A stretch of 64,000 bases of DNA from Pseudomonadota bacterium (GCA_038134595.1 JAYPVM010000001.1:382035-446034); one strand, 5' to 3'. Positions 9,650-19,579 are shown, numbered from the stretch's first letter. Made by a program: numbers and translations. The notes: generated by a model not told the origin, from the letters alone.

Positions 9650-10372
9650 ATGTCAATTAAGCAAGTTTTGAGAACAGTATTTCCAAAACCAACAAGCGAT
9701 GGTCTTCGACCAATACCCAATCGTCTCCCTGAAAAAGGTGTTGAAGAATTGTCTTTTTGGCGAAGCAGATTGGAAATCGACCAAGGACAATTCAAGAATT
9801 CCCATTATGAGAGACTTATGTTGGCAATGGCAGAAGAATCAAATGACAATTTTTTAAAAGGAAAGATTGTAGCTGATTTTGGCTGTGGGCCACGTGGAAG
9901 CTTGGTTTGGGCTCGTTCAGCGATTCTACGAATTGGTATTGATGTACTTGCGGATCGATATGCTGACGAGTTTTCAAGTAACATCCTATCTCATGGGATG
10001 ATCTATTTGAAATCGACCGAAAAAGTAATCCCTTTGCCTTCAGAGTTTGTAGACATCCTATTTACTCTCAATGCGATAGATCACGTCGACAATTTCTCCG
10101 TAATGTGTGCTGAAATAGTGAGAGTTTTAAAACCCGGGGGGCAGTTTATAGGCAGCTTCAATTTAGAAGAACCTGCTTCGCATTGTGAACCACAACAACT
10201 TAATGAGGAATTAGTTAAAAACAATTTACTAAACGATCTGGAAATTCAATCCTACCGCATAACGAAGCAGGGGTCAAAAGATGACTTTTATGGCCCCTTC
10301 TTCAGTGGAAGTTTATCCTATGAATCTGGTGAACAAGGTATCCTTTGGGTAAAGGCCAGAAAACCCAGCTAA
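9650..10372 (+). CDS. Class I SAM-dependent methyltransferase (cassette 3)
   Basis: VADFGCGPRGS, LNAIDHVD, RVLKPGG; AGAGGAG RBS; stop TAA lies inside an R''-like AGCTAAC. Confidence 0.9.
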   Translation: MSIKQVLRTVFPKPTSDGLRPIPNRLPEKGVEELSFWRSRLEIDQGQFKNSHYERLMLAMAEESNDNFLKGKIVADFGCGPRGSLVWARSAILRIGIDVLADRYADEFSSNILSHGMIYLKSTEKVIPLPSEFVDILFTLNAIDHVDNFSVMCAEIVRVLKPGGQFIGSFNLEEPASHCEPQQLNEELVKNNLLNDLEIQSYRITKQGSKDDFYGPFFSGSLSYESGEQGILWVKARKPS

Positions 10373-10458
10373 CAAAGCGCTGTTACTGCTTCCTACGACC
10401 CTAAATAGAGCTCGTTTTGGGGTCGACAAGGATGGTGTTGTGGAGGTAGGCCATGAGC

Positions 10459-11304
10459 TCATTCCACGACAAAACCATCCACATTCTTTGATATGAAAGG
10501 CGGCAAATTTGGCGGTAGCGTCAATGCTTGCAAGGGAGGGGATTGTAGGCTTTTGCGGCCAATGAGGACAATTTCGATGTTTGCGCCAACGTGTTCAACA
10601 GAGATATCTCCGTGTGCAGAAAGAAGGGTGATCGAGATAGGGTTATTCTTTTGTGTTGCGATGCTAGTAACGGAGATGTCGCCCCCAGCTAAAACGAGTA
10701 GAGGCGCGTTGGCGATCAGTGAATCTGTTATTTTGATGCTTCCAGTTGATGCGATGGTTATGTATTCAGTCTCCTTAGTTGTTTCAGTAGTTAGGTTGGC
10801 AGCTTCAATATTAAATGGAAGCGTTAGGCTCTCTTTAATAAGATAGGTATCCATCAGACATGTTTGATTTGTTTTTGGAGTGGTGAATATAGTCCCTGCC
10901 GTATCAGACAGCCCGCTAGGACATCTCCCCATATTTTGAAACATCTCCTTGTAATGGGGCGAGCCTTGGGCAAGAGCTATCGCTGGTATGGTCGTAAAGG
11001 ATGTATCGATAAAAGTGCAACTAATCAATGTAGGACCGTTACTATCTTTAGAAGGAACAGAGATACGGTGACAGCCGCTAGATACTGAGCCCGGGGTTGC
11101 CAGTGTTCTCATGATAGTATTATCGATATGAGCTGACTTATTAGTGATGTTTTTTATCTCAAGCAGAGTGTGAGTTGTGCGAACTGTTGCCAGGAGAGAG
11201 TAGCTAATGATGCACAGCGGAACAAAAAGGAGGAAGGCAAGAACCCCTGATTCTTGTTGTAACTTCGATCGATTTAACGTTTGTGTGAGAATTAAAGGCT
11301 TCAT
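10459..11304 (-). CDS. PilX/GspK-like minor pilin
   Basis: QESG|VLAFLLF prepilin-like N-terminus lacking E5; last gene of a four-pilin operon. Confidence 0.55.
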   Translation of the reverse strand: MKPLILTQTLNRSKLQQESGVLAFLLFVPLCIISYSLLATVRTTHTLLEIKNITNKSAHIDNTIMRTLATPGSVSSGCHRISVPSKDSNGPTLISCTFIDTSFTTIPAIALAQGSPHYKEMFQNMGRCPSGLSDTAGTIFTTPKTNQTCLMDTYLIKESLTLPFNIEAANLTTETTKETEYITIASTGSIKITDSLIANAPLLVLAGGDISVTSIATQKNNPISITLLSAHGDISVEHVGANIEIVLIGRKSLQSPPLQALTLPPNLPPFISKNVDGFVVE

Positions 11305-12158
11305 TTCAGTACAAGAGAATTAATTGGATATGGCGTAAGGCGTTGGGGAATGAGAAAACTGCGTGGCGGAGCGAGACTTGGAAAGATTGTGAGAGAGTAA
11401 AAGATATCGTTGGTGTTGGTGGACTTTCTCTGTATTAAAAATCTCCGAAGGCCAGGGGTAATTGGTTGATTCTCAGTAATATTTAGCCCCGAGTGTGAGA
11501 GTAAACGGAGATTGCCACTTCGATCGACAAAGACTGTTTTATCGCTTTCGGTGGGATAGTATTCTAGGAATGCTTGTGGCTTACATTGCTCCTTTGGTGT
11601 CGTGATTGTGTCGATAGGATATCCGATTAGTTCATAGCAGCTGTCGGCGACATGTGTAAGAGAGCCGCGCATCTGACAGATAGAAGAACTTCCAATCAGG
11701 AGGTGTTTTTTGAAAGCAGTCGGAGAGGGGGTTTGCGAGAGCCCGCAAATATAAGCGAGTATAAACGCATTCTGAAAGTCACTCTTTACAACCCTTCCAC
11801 GAAGGGTCGGATCGATAAACGTACTTGTCAGAATATCAGAACCGACTCTTGGGCGAGATGTTCCATTAAGATGCGTGATAGGATGTGGGGCTCCCCAGGC
11901 GGTAATGGGATGAGCGCCTGTTGTAATTGAGACCAGGCCCGAGAGGCGCAGTCGTTCGGTCGCGTTAATCAGGGAGGCGATTACAGATTGAGCGCGAATA
12001 ACAGCAATATCATCATCAGCAATGCTCTTTGTTGTCGATGTGATACGAATAGTGTTTCCACTTGTCACTGATATAAAAAGACTGGCAAGACCCATGAGGC
12101 TAAGTGAGACGATAAGCTCCATTAGGCTAAAACCTGCCTCTGTAGCGACCCTTCTCAT
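11301..12158 (-). CDS. Prepilin-type N-methylation protein (PilW/GspJ-like)
   Basis: MRRVATEAG|FSLMELIVSL; ATG overlaps the upstream stop (ATGA). Confidence 0.8.
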   Translation of the reverse strand: MRRVATEAGFSLMELIVSLSLMGLASLFISVTSGNTIRITSTTKSIADDDIAVIRAQSVIASLINATERLRLSGLVSITTGAHPITAWGAPHPITHLNGTSRPRVGSDILTSTFIDPTLRGRVVKSDFQNAFILAYICGLSQTPSPTAFKKHLLIGSSSICQMRGSLTHVADSCYELIGYPIDTITTPKEQCKPQAFLEYYPTESDKTVFVDRSGNLRLLSHSGLNITENQPITPGLRRFLIQRKSTNTNDIFYSLTIFPSLAPPRSFLIPQRLTPYPINSLVLK

Positions 12159-12415
12159 GGAAGCACCAGAAAATGGCGGTTGCCACACGAGCATTGGTGT
12201 AGTGTGGGAGAGGAGGTGCATCGTATATCCTGGCACGCTATCGTGCTGTCATGTTTTAAAAGAGCTATCAGTCTGCCACAGACTTGTTGGGTTTTTGCCG
12301 CCGTTGCTAGTACCAGCAAAACTAATGTAATGCTTGCAATAACCTCAAAGAGAATAGCGCCCCTCTGCTTATAGAGCAGGGAGACCTCTGTTTTAATGAT
12401 CCTAGCAGGAGACAC
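12155..12415 (-). CDS. Short prepilin-like protein (PilV/GspI-like)
   Basis: QRG|AILFEVIASI with E5; start codon uncertain (GTG 12415 proposed). Confidence 0.65.
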   Translation of the reverse strand: MSPARIIKTEVSLLYKQRGAILFEVIASITLVLLVLATAAKTQQVCGRLIALLKHDSTIACQDIRCTSSPTLHQCSCGNRHFLVLP

Positions 12416-12851
12416 GAAATCTACCTCGTAGTGATATAACAACTCGACATTCATGCCCCCCGCGTCGTAGTCGAATAGATTTGGGTGAAGCTGCTAGCGT
12501 GGGGTGTAGGAAGATTGAGATAGGTTCATTGCGTTGAAGTAGTACCTGTGTATTCGGAGAAAAAACAAGGTTTCCGATTGTATGACTAGATTTGGTGATA
12601 GCTTGCGCTTTAGCCGTATCCACTGAAATCACTATTCGCTCTCTTCGGTTGAGGGCGCGTGCGTAGTATTTTTCGAAGAACAGTTTAAGTCGGCCGGCAT
12701 CATGCCGAAGGAGCAGATCAGTTGTATATGCTTGGACTGATATTGATGCCGACACAATAAGTATCGAGATGATTGAGCAGACCAGAAGTGACTCTAGCAG
12801 ACTAAATCCGCGTTGTGCTTCTTGATAAGAAGGATAGAAGGGGTGGCGCAT
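12402..12851 (-). CDS. Prepilin-type protein (FimT/GspH-like)
   Basis: QRG|FSLLESLLV; C-terminal 'CRVVISLRGRFRVSC' typical of FimT/GspH. Confidence 0.8.
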   Translation of the reverse strand: MRHPFYPSYQEAQRGFSLLESLLVCSIISILIVSASISVQAYTTDLLLRHDAGRLKLFFEKYYARALNRRERIVISVDTAKAQAITKSSHTIGNLVFSPNTQVLLQRNEPISIFLHPTLAASPKSIRLRRGGHECRVVISLRGRFRVSC

Positions 12852-12904
12852 GTCCTCTCATTCGAGAATTCAGGAAGGAAGTTGCCTTTTAGAGGAAACA
12901 TGCC

Positions 12905-15769
12905 TTAGGAACGCTTCCAAAGGACGTCAAGATCCTTTACATAGTAGAGTGGATCAAAAGAAAATATCTCTTTATAGGGAAGCGAAAACTGTTCGTTAAC
13001 CTCTCTTATCCTGGCTGTCAGTGCTTGTTCGAACATTCCTCCAGTTCGATTAGTTCGAATCCCTGAGTCTTGAGAGGTGGCTATTATGTCTATGTCGTTT
13101 TGCTCTGCAAACTCCTGTAGAATCCGCATGGTTTCATCAAAGAAGCGTTGTTCGTCAACTCTGTAGAGCAATGAAGAACTTGGGTTGATTGAAGCCGATA
13201 GAATACGCTTGTCTTCCTCTTTGTAATAATGAAGCAAGACGCCACCGACGCATCGCTTGGTTTCTTCGTCTCGAAATACTAGGTTAAAGTAATCCTTGGT
13301 TTGCCACATGTTGTCGTTGGGAAATTTGAGGCCGGGTCGTGGAACATCGCCTGCGACGCAAACTCCTGCTGAGAAGGGCATCCCTGCTGATTGGGAGCAT
13401 TTGGTAATAAAGGCAGAGATAGAGGGTGTAGAGTTTGTGCTCTCACCTTCGGGGGTATACTTTTTAATTTCGATGTCAATAAGACGCAGGTCTTCCTCAA
13501 AGAGGGCTGACAAGTGACCTCTGAGCCTGTTACGGTCTGATTGCTCGGAGATAGTATCGATGGCTTTCTTGACCGAATCTGGTACGACAGTTTCCAGGAA
13601 TTCGCGGAGTTCGAGTAAATAGGCATATTCTCTGTTGGGAGCTTGATCGACTCTATCCTGAGAGTCGGATGCATATTCACGGAAGTTTTGCTCTCGAAGA
13701 GCATGATATAAAACAGCTAGCTGCCGACAAGCTCTTCCTTTTTTGGGGTTTCCTGCCGCTAATTCGATAGCGGCAAGTATCTTCTCCTCCGTAGAGCTCC
13801 CAGAGATATCTGGAAAGCTACCCTGTATAGTTTCGTCAAACTCATTTTGTAGTTCTTGTGCTGACTCTGGGGTCTTGTCGATAATTCGTTGAGGCGTTTG
13901 GATGTATCGTTGTAGCCGGTTTAGCAGGGAGGAATCTGGCTCTATTCCTTTTTTTAAGACCATTGTTTTTCCAGCGAGAAGATTTAAGTTCTGTTTTGGT
14001 GGAACCTCAAATAGATCAAGGTCTTCAGAGCGATCTTCAGCTTGGGCGATTTTTTCAAAAGTGGCGCCAGGATATGCATAGGCAAAAATCATCGGATATA
14101 AGGGATCGCTCCTATACTCATCCGGTATCTCTTTAGGGGTAACGGAAGCCTCGAGGATGTCATGCGCTCTTACAAGAAGAGCCTTCGCCGCGGATTCGTT
14201 TTGGGCAAATTGTTCTTGATAGATTTTATAGAGGTTTGGTTCGCGCAGCCTAGTCTCGTTTTTAAATGTGAGCAGTGCTGGATGCTCGTTGCGTAATCGC
14301 TTAAGTAATCGTTCGGGAAAAAAGTCGAGGTTTTCAATTATTTGCTCTATTCGATTCCCCTGGATGAGTGACTCTAAGAGTGCAGTTTTGGAACGATTAC
14401 TCCATTCAAAACAGCGGCGGTGAAGAAGAGCCTGATCTATATGGCCATCATTAATGAATTTAAGGAGAATGTGTTCCGGTAAATTTGAAAAAGATTCGAC
14501 ATAGATAACGAACTGAGACCGCAACAACTCATTGCTCCAGATGGTGTTAAAGAAAGTTTCATCGTAGAAAATTGGTTGAATTTCTCGGGGTAAATTTAGA
14601 TTATCCCATTCAATTTTAGTTAGAATAGCCTTATCTCTTTCGATGGCGTCTGCAATATGCCCATGACTTGTTGCATCAAGATTGTCCCATCTTCTTAGGC
14701 ACTCTTCGACTGTGCTTACTGGGCAGTTTTTTAAACCAGCGAGGACAACATCTTCTGGAATATGTGTGAAGGCATCAAGTAGGCAGGGCTCACTAAATAA
14801 GCGGTTTGCAATATTTCCTCCGTCGTTTAGTCCGCGGGCGAGCTTGTTGAGTACCAGAGAGCTCCACCCAGCTGGCGCTGCTCCAAGGTCGTCGATTCCA
14901 CCTTCAATGAGCCCTTGATAGACTGCGACGCGGTACTGCTCAAGGGTGAGAGAAGAGGGAGACTTGTTTCTGTCTAAGTTAGAAATCAAACTATCGAGTT
15001 TGTCGTCTATCCAATCGTCAGCATCTTCATGATGCATGCTTCGAGCCATGAGTCTTCCCAGAATCCGGATGTGATCGGGATTGCTTGTGTCGCAATATCC
15101 GCTAAACCCTTGAATCATGCGGGTATGGATCGCTGGTTGACTGTGTGGAGACTCATATAAATCTGAAACAAGCCGAGTTACTGCCAGTGGCCCAAGTATT
15201 TGGAAGGCGGGTTCCCAGTTGCCCTCGTTTTCAGTGCGACTCTCCGCGGCGAAATCTTCGGTAAAGCTTACTGCTTCTTCAAAGAGATCTTCAAAATTCT
15301 CGTTGGACGGATAGCATGAATGTAGTGTTTTTAATGCGCCAACTATCCTCCATGCTAAGTCATTATGGGGGCAGTCAAACCCAATATCTTTGCGGGCTTG
15401 TTTGTACGTTTCTATGATCACGGAATGTAAGGTGTCCGATGCGACTATGTGATGTAAGCCATCGCTGTTGGCGCGTTGTGTGGCTATGCTTGATAATCGT
15501 AAAACCGTAGCGAGTTCTTCATGCGCCCGCGGATTGTTTGTACGCAGTGCGTTTGCTAGTTGCATTGCCGCGGTCACTACCGAGGGTTCTGAGTTCTTTA
15601 TATGAATCTTAGCCAACGAGCCACGTTCTTGATTATCTCCAAGTGTTATTGTGATATCACATGCCGTATCAGTGAGAGTGCCTTGGCAAGAGACATGGTC
15701 GAGATACTTGAGTTGGCTTGTAACATCAATCGCCGCGGTCTGTTTTGGATTAGATTGGGTTGGAGCCAT
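12905..15769 (-). CDS. Large hypothetical protein (954 aa)
   Basis: Long uninterrupted ORF, mostly helical, with a conserved-looking C-terminal alpha/beta block (AGVCVAGD, GGVLLH, SINPSS); no family recognised. Confidence 0.8.
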   Translation of the reverse strand: MAPTQSNPKQTAAIDVTSQLKYLDHVSCQGTLTDTACDITITLGDNQERGSLAKIHIKNSEPSVVTAAMQLANALRTNNPRAHEELATVLRLSSIATQRANSDGLHHIVASDTLHSVIIETYKQARKDIGFDCPHNDLAWRIVGALKTLHSCYPSNENFEDLFEEAVSFTEDFAAESRTENEGNWEPAFQILGPLAVTRLVSDLYESPHSQPAIHTRMIQGFSGYCDTSNPDHIRILGRLMARSMHHEDADDWIDDKLDSLISNLDRNKSPSSLTLEQYRVAVYQGLIEGGIDDLGAAPAGWSSLVLNKLARGLNDGGNIANRLFSEPCLLDAFTHIPEDVVLAGLKNCPVSTVEECLRRWDNLDATSHGHIADAIERDKAILTKIEWDNLNLPREIQPIFYDETFFNTIWSNELLRSQFVIYVESFSNLPEHILLKFINDGHIDQALLHRRCFEWSNRSKTALLESLIQGNRIEQIIENLDFFPERLLKRLRNEHPALLTFKNETRLREPNLYKIYQEQFAQNESAAKALLVRAHDILEASVTPKEIPDEYRSDPLYPMIFAYAYPGATFEKIAQAEDRSEDLDLFEVPPKQNLNLLAGKTMVLKKGIEPDSSLLNRLQRYIQTPQRIIDKTPESAQELQNEFDETIQGSFPDISGSSTEEKILAAIELAAGNPKKGRACRQLAVLYHALREQNFREYASDSQDRVDQAPNREYAYLLELREFLETVVPDSVKKAIDTISEQSDRNRLRGHLSALFEEDLRLIDIEIKKYTPEGESTNSTPSISAFITKCSQSAGMPFSAGVCVAGDVPRPGLKFPNDNMWQTKDYFNLVFRDEETKRCVGGVLLHYYKEEDKRILSASINPSSSLLYRVDEQRFFDETMRILQEFAEQNDIDIIATSQDSGIRTNRTGGMFEQALTARIREVNEQFSLPYKEIFSFDPLYYVKDLDVLWKRS

Positions 15770-15858
15770 GGCTATTTACATGCTGTTTCTAGCGTTTGTC
15801 CTCATCACAATTTACTCGAAGGTATTCAAACTCTGCCTAAAATGTGGAAGTGCTGTGG

Positions 15859-16335
15859 TTAATAATCCGATCGTGGTGGAAGCGGCTCATCGGCTAACCC
15901 CAATATGGAACGAAACCGCTTTCGCAAATAAACCTCCATGCTGTCCACAACGCCGTTACAACGAATAAGTGTATCGATGAGCTGGGCAATCGCTTTTTTG
16001 GTTGTAGGATCGAGGATGTCTTTTAACTGTGTCGCTTCTGCGGAGCTGCTTCGCATTGACGATAAGTGGGTTCGAGCCTTTATGAGTAGATTATTTACAG
16101 CTTGGTCTGAGATGTTAAATATCGATTTTAATCCATTCTGAATGACCGACTTTTCAAACTTGTCGACAACATGGTCGGAAGATGCCACTTCAAGGAGTAT
16201 GATGGCTGTAGCCAGTGGAACGTCGATACCTTTCGAATTTTTCTTGGAGTTGTTCTTTGCTTGCTCCATTCTTTGAATGATCTCATCGATGGAGAGCCTT
16301 TCGTTAGGTTCGTTATTGGTAGAATCGTCGCTCAT
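15859..16335 (-). CDS. TerB-like family protein
   Basis: LATAIILLEVASSDHVVDKFE and LIRCNGVVDSMEVYLRKRFRSILGL match the TerB repeat pattern. Confidence 0.8.
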   Translation of the reverse strand: MSDDSTNNEPNERLSIDEIIQRMEQAKNNSKKNSKGIDVPLATAIILLEVASSDHVVDKFEKSVIQNGLKSIFNISDQAVNNLLIKARTHLSSMRSSSAEATQLKDILDPTTKKAIAQLIDTLIRCNGVVDSMEVYLRKRFRSILGLADEPLPPRSDY

Positions 16336-16464
16336 CGCTATCCCTTAAAAATCCATACACTCAGATGGTTATGACATCGACAGTCTTGATCTGTAGCTTA
16401 AGGGGTGTAGGCATTTTTTAAGACGCCCTGTGCTCGATATGCTTGAAGCTAACTGTAAATACAA

Positions 16465-17232
16465 CTAGTTGCGGTTCACAGCGTTTGAATAATCCTGAAA
16501 AGTTCTCGTGTGGATGATGCGCTCAAGCTCTGGGAGCCCCGTTACGCCAAAGGGGGCAACTATGCGATAGATACAGTGCTCGATATCATCGCGATACGCA
16601 AATTCAACCTGTCCGATACCCTTATAAGGCTTTTTCATGGTGGCACCAGCTGCAATCGTTGTCCATTCTCCCTCGTTTGAACAGCCGCGGTATTGAATCG
16701 CTATCGGCACATTAGGGAGTTTTCGATTGTTTGCGCGCACTGTAACGCGAGCGACACATGAGAGATTTTGAGGCACTGCATTTGATTGTCTGATGGTAAG
16801 TCGATTCTCAAAGTAGATGTCGCATAGTCCTACGATTGCAGCTCCAAACTCTAGTGATTCGGAATCAATTTGTAACAAGCGAGGATTGAATGTAAGTGTA
16901 ATCGAGACGGTGCCGCCCTCTTCAGGGATTGCAATCGTTACAAACGATGAGCCGTTCTCAGTGGAGATTTCAAGGGTAACGTTCTCTTGTTCCGGTTCGG
17001 TGAGTAGTTCAAACTCTCCGGAATCCGACGTGATATCCTCTGAACCGGTTTCCACAACCCGCACGTTTACAGATTCAATCGGCACTCCGGATTCATCAAA
17101 AACAGCCCCTTGAACGACTACAATTGGGCCGGTGCCTGTTCCTGCGGAGCCACCACCACAACCCATGAGCATGAGTACTATCACCAATAGAACGGAAAAG
17201 AAGCCAAGAAAGATATTGTTGCTATTTGTCAT
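16465..17232 (-). CDS. Lipoprotein with carboxypeptidase-regulatory-like (beta-sandwich) domain
   Basis: Lipobox LMG|CGGGSAGTGTG; VQGAVFDESGVPIESVNV..TSDSGEF; ATG 17232 overlaps the end of the DUF6502 gene. Confidence 0.75.
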   Translation of the reverse strand: MTNSNNIFLGFFSVLLVIVLMLMGCGGGSAGTGTGPIVVVQGAVFDESGVPIESVNVRVVETGSEDITSDSGEFELLTEPEQENVTLEISTENGSSFVTIAIPEEGGTVSITLTFNPRLLQIDSESLEFGAAIVGLCDIYFENRLTIRQSNAVPQNLSCVARVTVRANNRKLPNVPIAIQYRGCSNEGEWTTIAAGATMKKPYKGIGQVEFAYRDDIEHCIYRIVAPFGVTGLPELERIIHTRTFQDYSNAVNRN

Positions 17233-18025
17233 CGCTTGCCTCCTCTTCGGTGCACAAGCTAAATGAGCCAACGGTGACGCGACCGCCACCTGCATCTTTA
17301 TGGCGAGTGGGATTGAGGTCTTTATCAAAGGAGCCAACGTACTCGCGCACTTCCTTATGAAAGGCCGCACCTCGCTCAAGGATCCAATCTCTAATTTGCG
17401 GAATGGCTTCTTTGGAAACATTATCAAATGAAGTCGCAATATGCAGGTTTGGTGTCGCCTGTGGGTTTGTAATATTCGAGTCAACGCTTTTTACCAGCGT
17501 TGCGATGTCTGATGAGAGTAGCGCATACGCATCATCGATGTCACCGCTTACTTGGTAACTATTCCAAAGAAGATGAACGCCCTTTGTATCTCGACGAACC
17601 AGATTTAGTCGCTCTAGTTCAAAGAGCACTGTCGATGGATTTATATCTTGGCTAACGCTTTTTACGAGGGCGTTGAAACTGTATGTGGAATCATCTGTCT
17701 GTAACGGTCGGGGAGAGCCGTTTTCGGAGAACGCATCGCTTGATGACCATAGTCCGATAACTTTCGTCATAAGGTCGGTATGGCGGAGGTCTTCGGTGTT
17801 GAGCGATAAAACCTTTTGTACATCACGCCGTTGTAGCCCGGTCATGACACTTAATTTACTCGTATTCGATTCTTGATTGGTTCGAGTAAGCTCTGCTTTG
17901 GCTTCATCGAGTAGCGTGTCTTTTAGATCCTCGATGATAGTCCTAACCTTGATGCCTCGCCTGATTGCAAACCGTACCGCTGGCCGTAACAGGTGTTTTA
18001 GGATTGTTGAAGAGGCGTTTTTCAT
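17222..18025 (-). CDS. DUF6502 family protein (putative HTH regulator)
   Basis: LLRPAVRFAIRRG, SKLSVMTGLQRRDV (HTH-like), VIGLW, PRPL, SFNALVKSVSQDINP..VLFELERL. Confidence 0.85.
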   Translation of the reverse strand: MKNASSTILKHLLRPAVRFAIRRGIKVRTIIEDLKDTLLDEAKAELTRTNQESNTSKLSVMTGLQRRDVQKVLSLNTEDLRHTDLMTKVIGLWSSSDAFSENGSPRPLQTDDSTYSFNALVKSVSQDINPSTVLFELERLNLVRRDTKGVHLLWNSYQVSGDIDDAYALLSSDIATLVKSVDSNITNPQATPNLHIATSFDNVSKEAIPQIRDWILERGAAFHKEVREYVGSFDKDLNPTRHKDAGGGRVTVGSFSLCTEEEASDDK

Positions 18026-18038
18026 GGAATGCCTGTCA

Positions 18039-18133
18039 GGTGTGCGTATTACACACCCAAGATAAATATCTAAGATGCTGTAATCAGACACTATACTAGA
18101 AATGTACAACTAGCAATGTGCTTTTTACACATT
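18039..18133. promoter_or_regulatory. Two TGTG-N7-CACA palindromes (18039-18057, 18115-18133), candidate DUF6502 operators
   Basis: GGTGTG-CGTATTA-CACACC and AATGTG-CTTTTTA-CACATT in the divergent intergenic region. Confidence 0.6.
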
Positions 18134-18309
18134 CTGAAGCTACTGTATCGTTTTTGGGTTAGTAGGGTGCTCATGAGCAAGGCCGCATCAATATGATTAG
18201 CTAATTCGGATGGTTAGCGCATTCAATGCAAGATTTACTCTGGGGCTTCAGTGATATTTGTGGCAGTGTTTTTTTGTCGATTAACCTATACGTGTACAGA
18301 ACGAAAAGT

Positions 18310-19545
18310 ATGCCTGTCTTTCATCTATTCGCTATTTTACTTGCCTTGGCCGCCATGTGTTCGTGGCTTAATTATCGGCTCATCAAGTTACCAGCTGCTA
18401 TCGGAGTAATGGCCATAAGCCTTCTGTGTTCACTGGTGCTTATCGCCTTGGGAAGGGCTGGCTATGTTGATATCACCGCAACGAGGGCGTTTGTCCGGCA
18501 GTTTGATTTTCAAGAGCTTGTTCTGCATGGAATACTTGCGTTTTTGCTCTTTGCAGGTGGTTTAAGCCTTGAGATGGCAGCACTCAAGACTCAGAGAGGA
18601 ATGATAGCGATGCTTTCTAGTATTGGAGTGCTTATAGGTACGTGTTTGACCGGGACACTCTTTTGGTCGCTCTTGTCTCTTATTGGAATAGATATTCCAT
18701 TTGTGATTGCACTTCTCTTTGGTGCGATTGTTTCTCCAACCGATGCAGTGGCTATCCTAGGGATCCTTCGAAAGGTAGGAGTGCCAAAATCACTAGAGGT
18801 TAAGTTAGTTGGTGAATCTCTCTTTAACGATGGTATCGGCGTTGTTGTGTTTTTTGCTATTGCCAGTCTTGCATATGGCGCAGGAATGACAGTGAGTGAA
18901 GTTGGAACAACTCTGGCTTTAGAGGTTGTGGGAGGAAGTGCTCTCGGAGCGGCACTAGGCTGGGCAGGATACCGAGCGCTTCGCGCTATCGACGATCACG
19001 TTGTTGAGATACTTATCACCTTGGCTCTAGCTGGAGGAGGTTATGCTTTAGCGGAAGTAGTGCATGTATCAGCACCTATCTGTGTTGTTGTGGCAGGACT
19101 CATTACTGGCAATCAAGGGTATACCTATGCGATGTCTCAAAACACACAAGAGCACCTCGATATCTTCTGGGAGTTAATCGATGAGCTTTTAAATGTGATG
19201 CTCTTTGTGCTTATGGGATTAGAGATTATTACCTTAGAGCTTTCAGGCTCGTATTGGCTTGCGTGCAGTATTGCTGTTTTTGTAGTGCTTATGAGCAGAA
19301 CCTGCGGAGTAGCGAGCATTGTGAGTGTAAGTAGTAGGTTTAGAACCTTTAGCCCCCATGCAGTAAAGATCTTAACGTGGGGCGGGCTCCGAGGAGGAAT
19401 CTCAGTTGCTCTAGCACTGTCGCTTCCAGAGAGTGAGTATCGAAGCCTAATCGTACTGTGTACGTACGCGGTAGTTTTGTTCTCAGTATTAGTGCAAGGG
19501 ATTACGCTTCCTATGTTGCTTCGGTATGCGAAGCGGAATGTATGA
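18310..19545 (+). CDS. CPA1-family Na+(K+)/H+ antiporter (NhaP-like)
   Basis: FGAIVSPTDAVA, GESLFNDG, WGGLRGGISVALAL. Confidence 0.93.
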   Translation: MPVFHLFAILLALAAMCSWLNYRLIKLPAAIGVMAISLLCSLVLIALGRAGYVDITATRAFVRQFDFQELVLHGILAFLLFAGGLSLEMAALKTQRGMIAMLSSIGVLIGTCLTGTLFWSLLSLIGIDIPFVIALLFGAIVSPTDAVAILGILRKVGVPKSLEVKLVGESLFNDGIGVVVFFAIASLAYGAGMTVSEVGTTLALEVVGGSALGAALGWAGYRALRAIDDHVVEILITLALAGGGYALAEVVHVSAPICVVVAGLITGNQGYTYAMSQNTQEHLDIFWELIDELLNVMLFVLMGLEIITLELSGSYWLACSIAVFVVLMSRTCGVASIVSVSSRFRTFSPHAVKILTWGGLRGGISVALALSLPESEYRSLIVLCTYAVVLFSVLVQGITLPMLLRYAKRNV

Positions 19546-19579
19546 CGCGGCTTTACTATTTTTATGCGGTCTCTCGACC

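Larger units (their letters stand above)
8142..10383 (+). mobile_element. Degenerate integron gene-cassette array (three cassettes, no intI in window; CALIN-like)
   Basis: R'-like GTTAAGC 8142; attC-like sites 8928-8998 and 9562-9626; truncated attC starting AGCTAAC 10367; one ORF per cassette, all in the same orientation. Confidence 0.75.

Noticed and set aside
17233..17484. N-terminal extension of the 339-aa ORF
   Set aside because: Overlaps the DUF6502 gene; the lipoprotein signal starts at ATG 17232
18039..18133. CRP/FNR sites linked to the cNMP protein
   Set aside because: Geometry is TGTG-N7-CACA, not TGTGA-N6-TCACA
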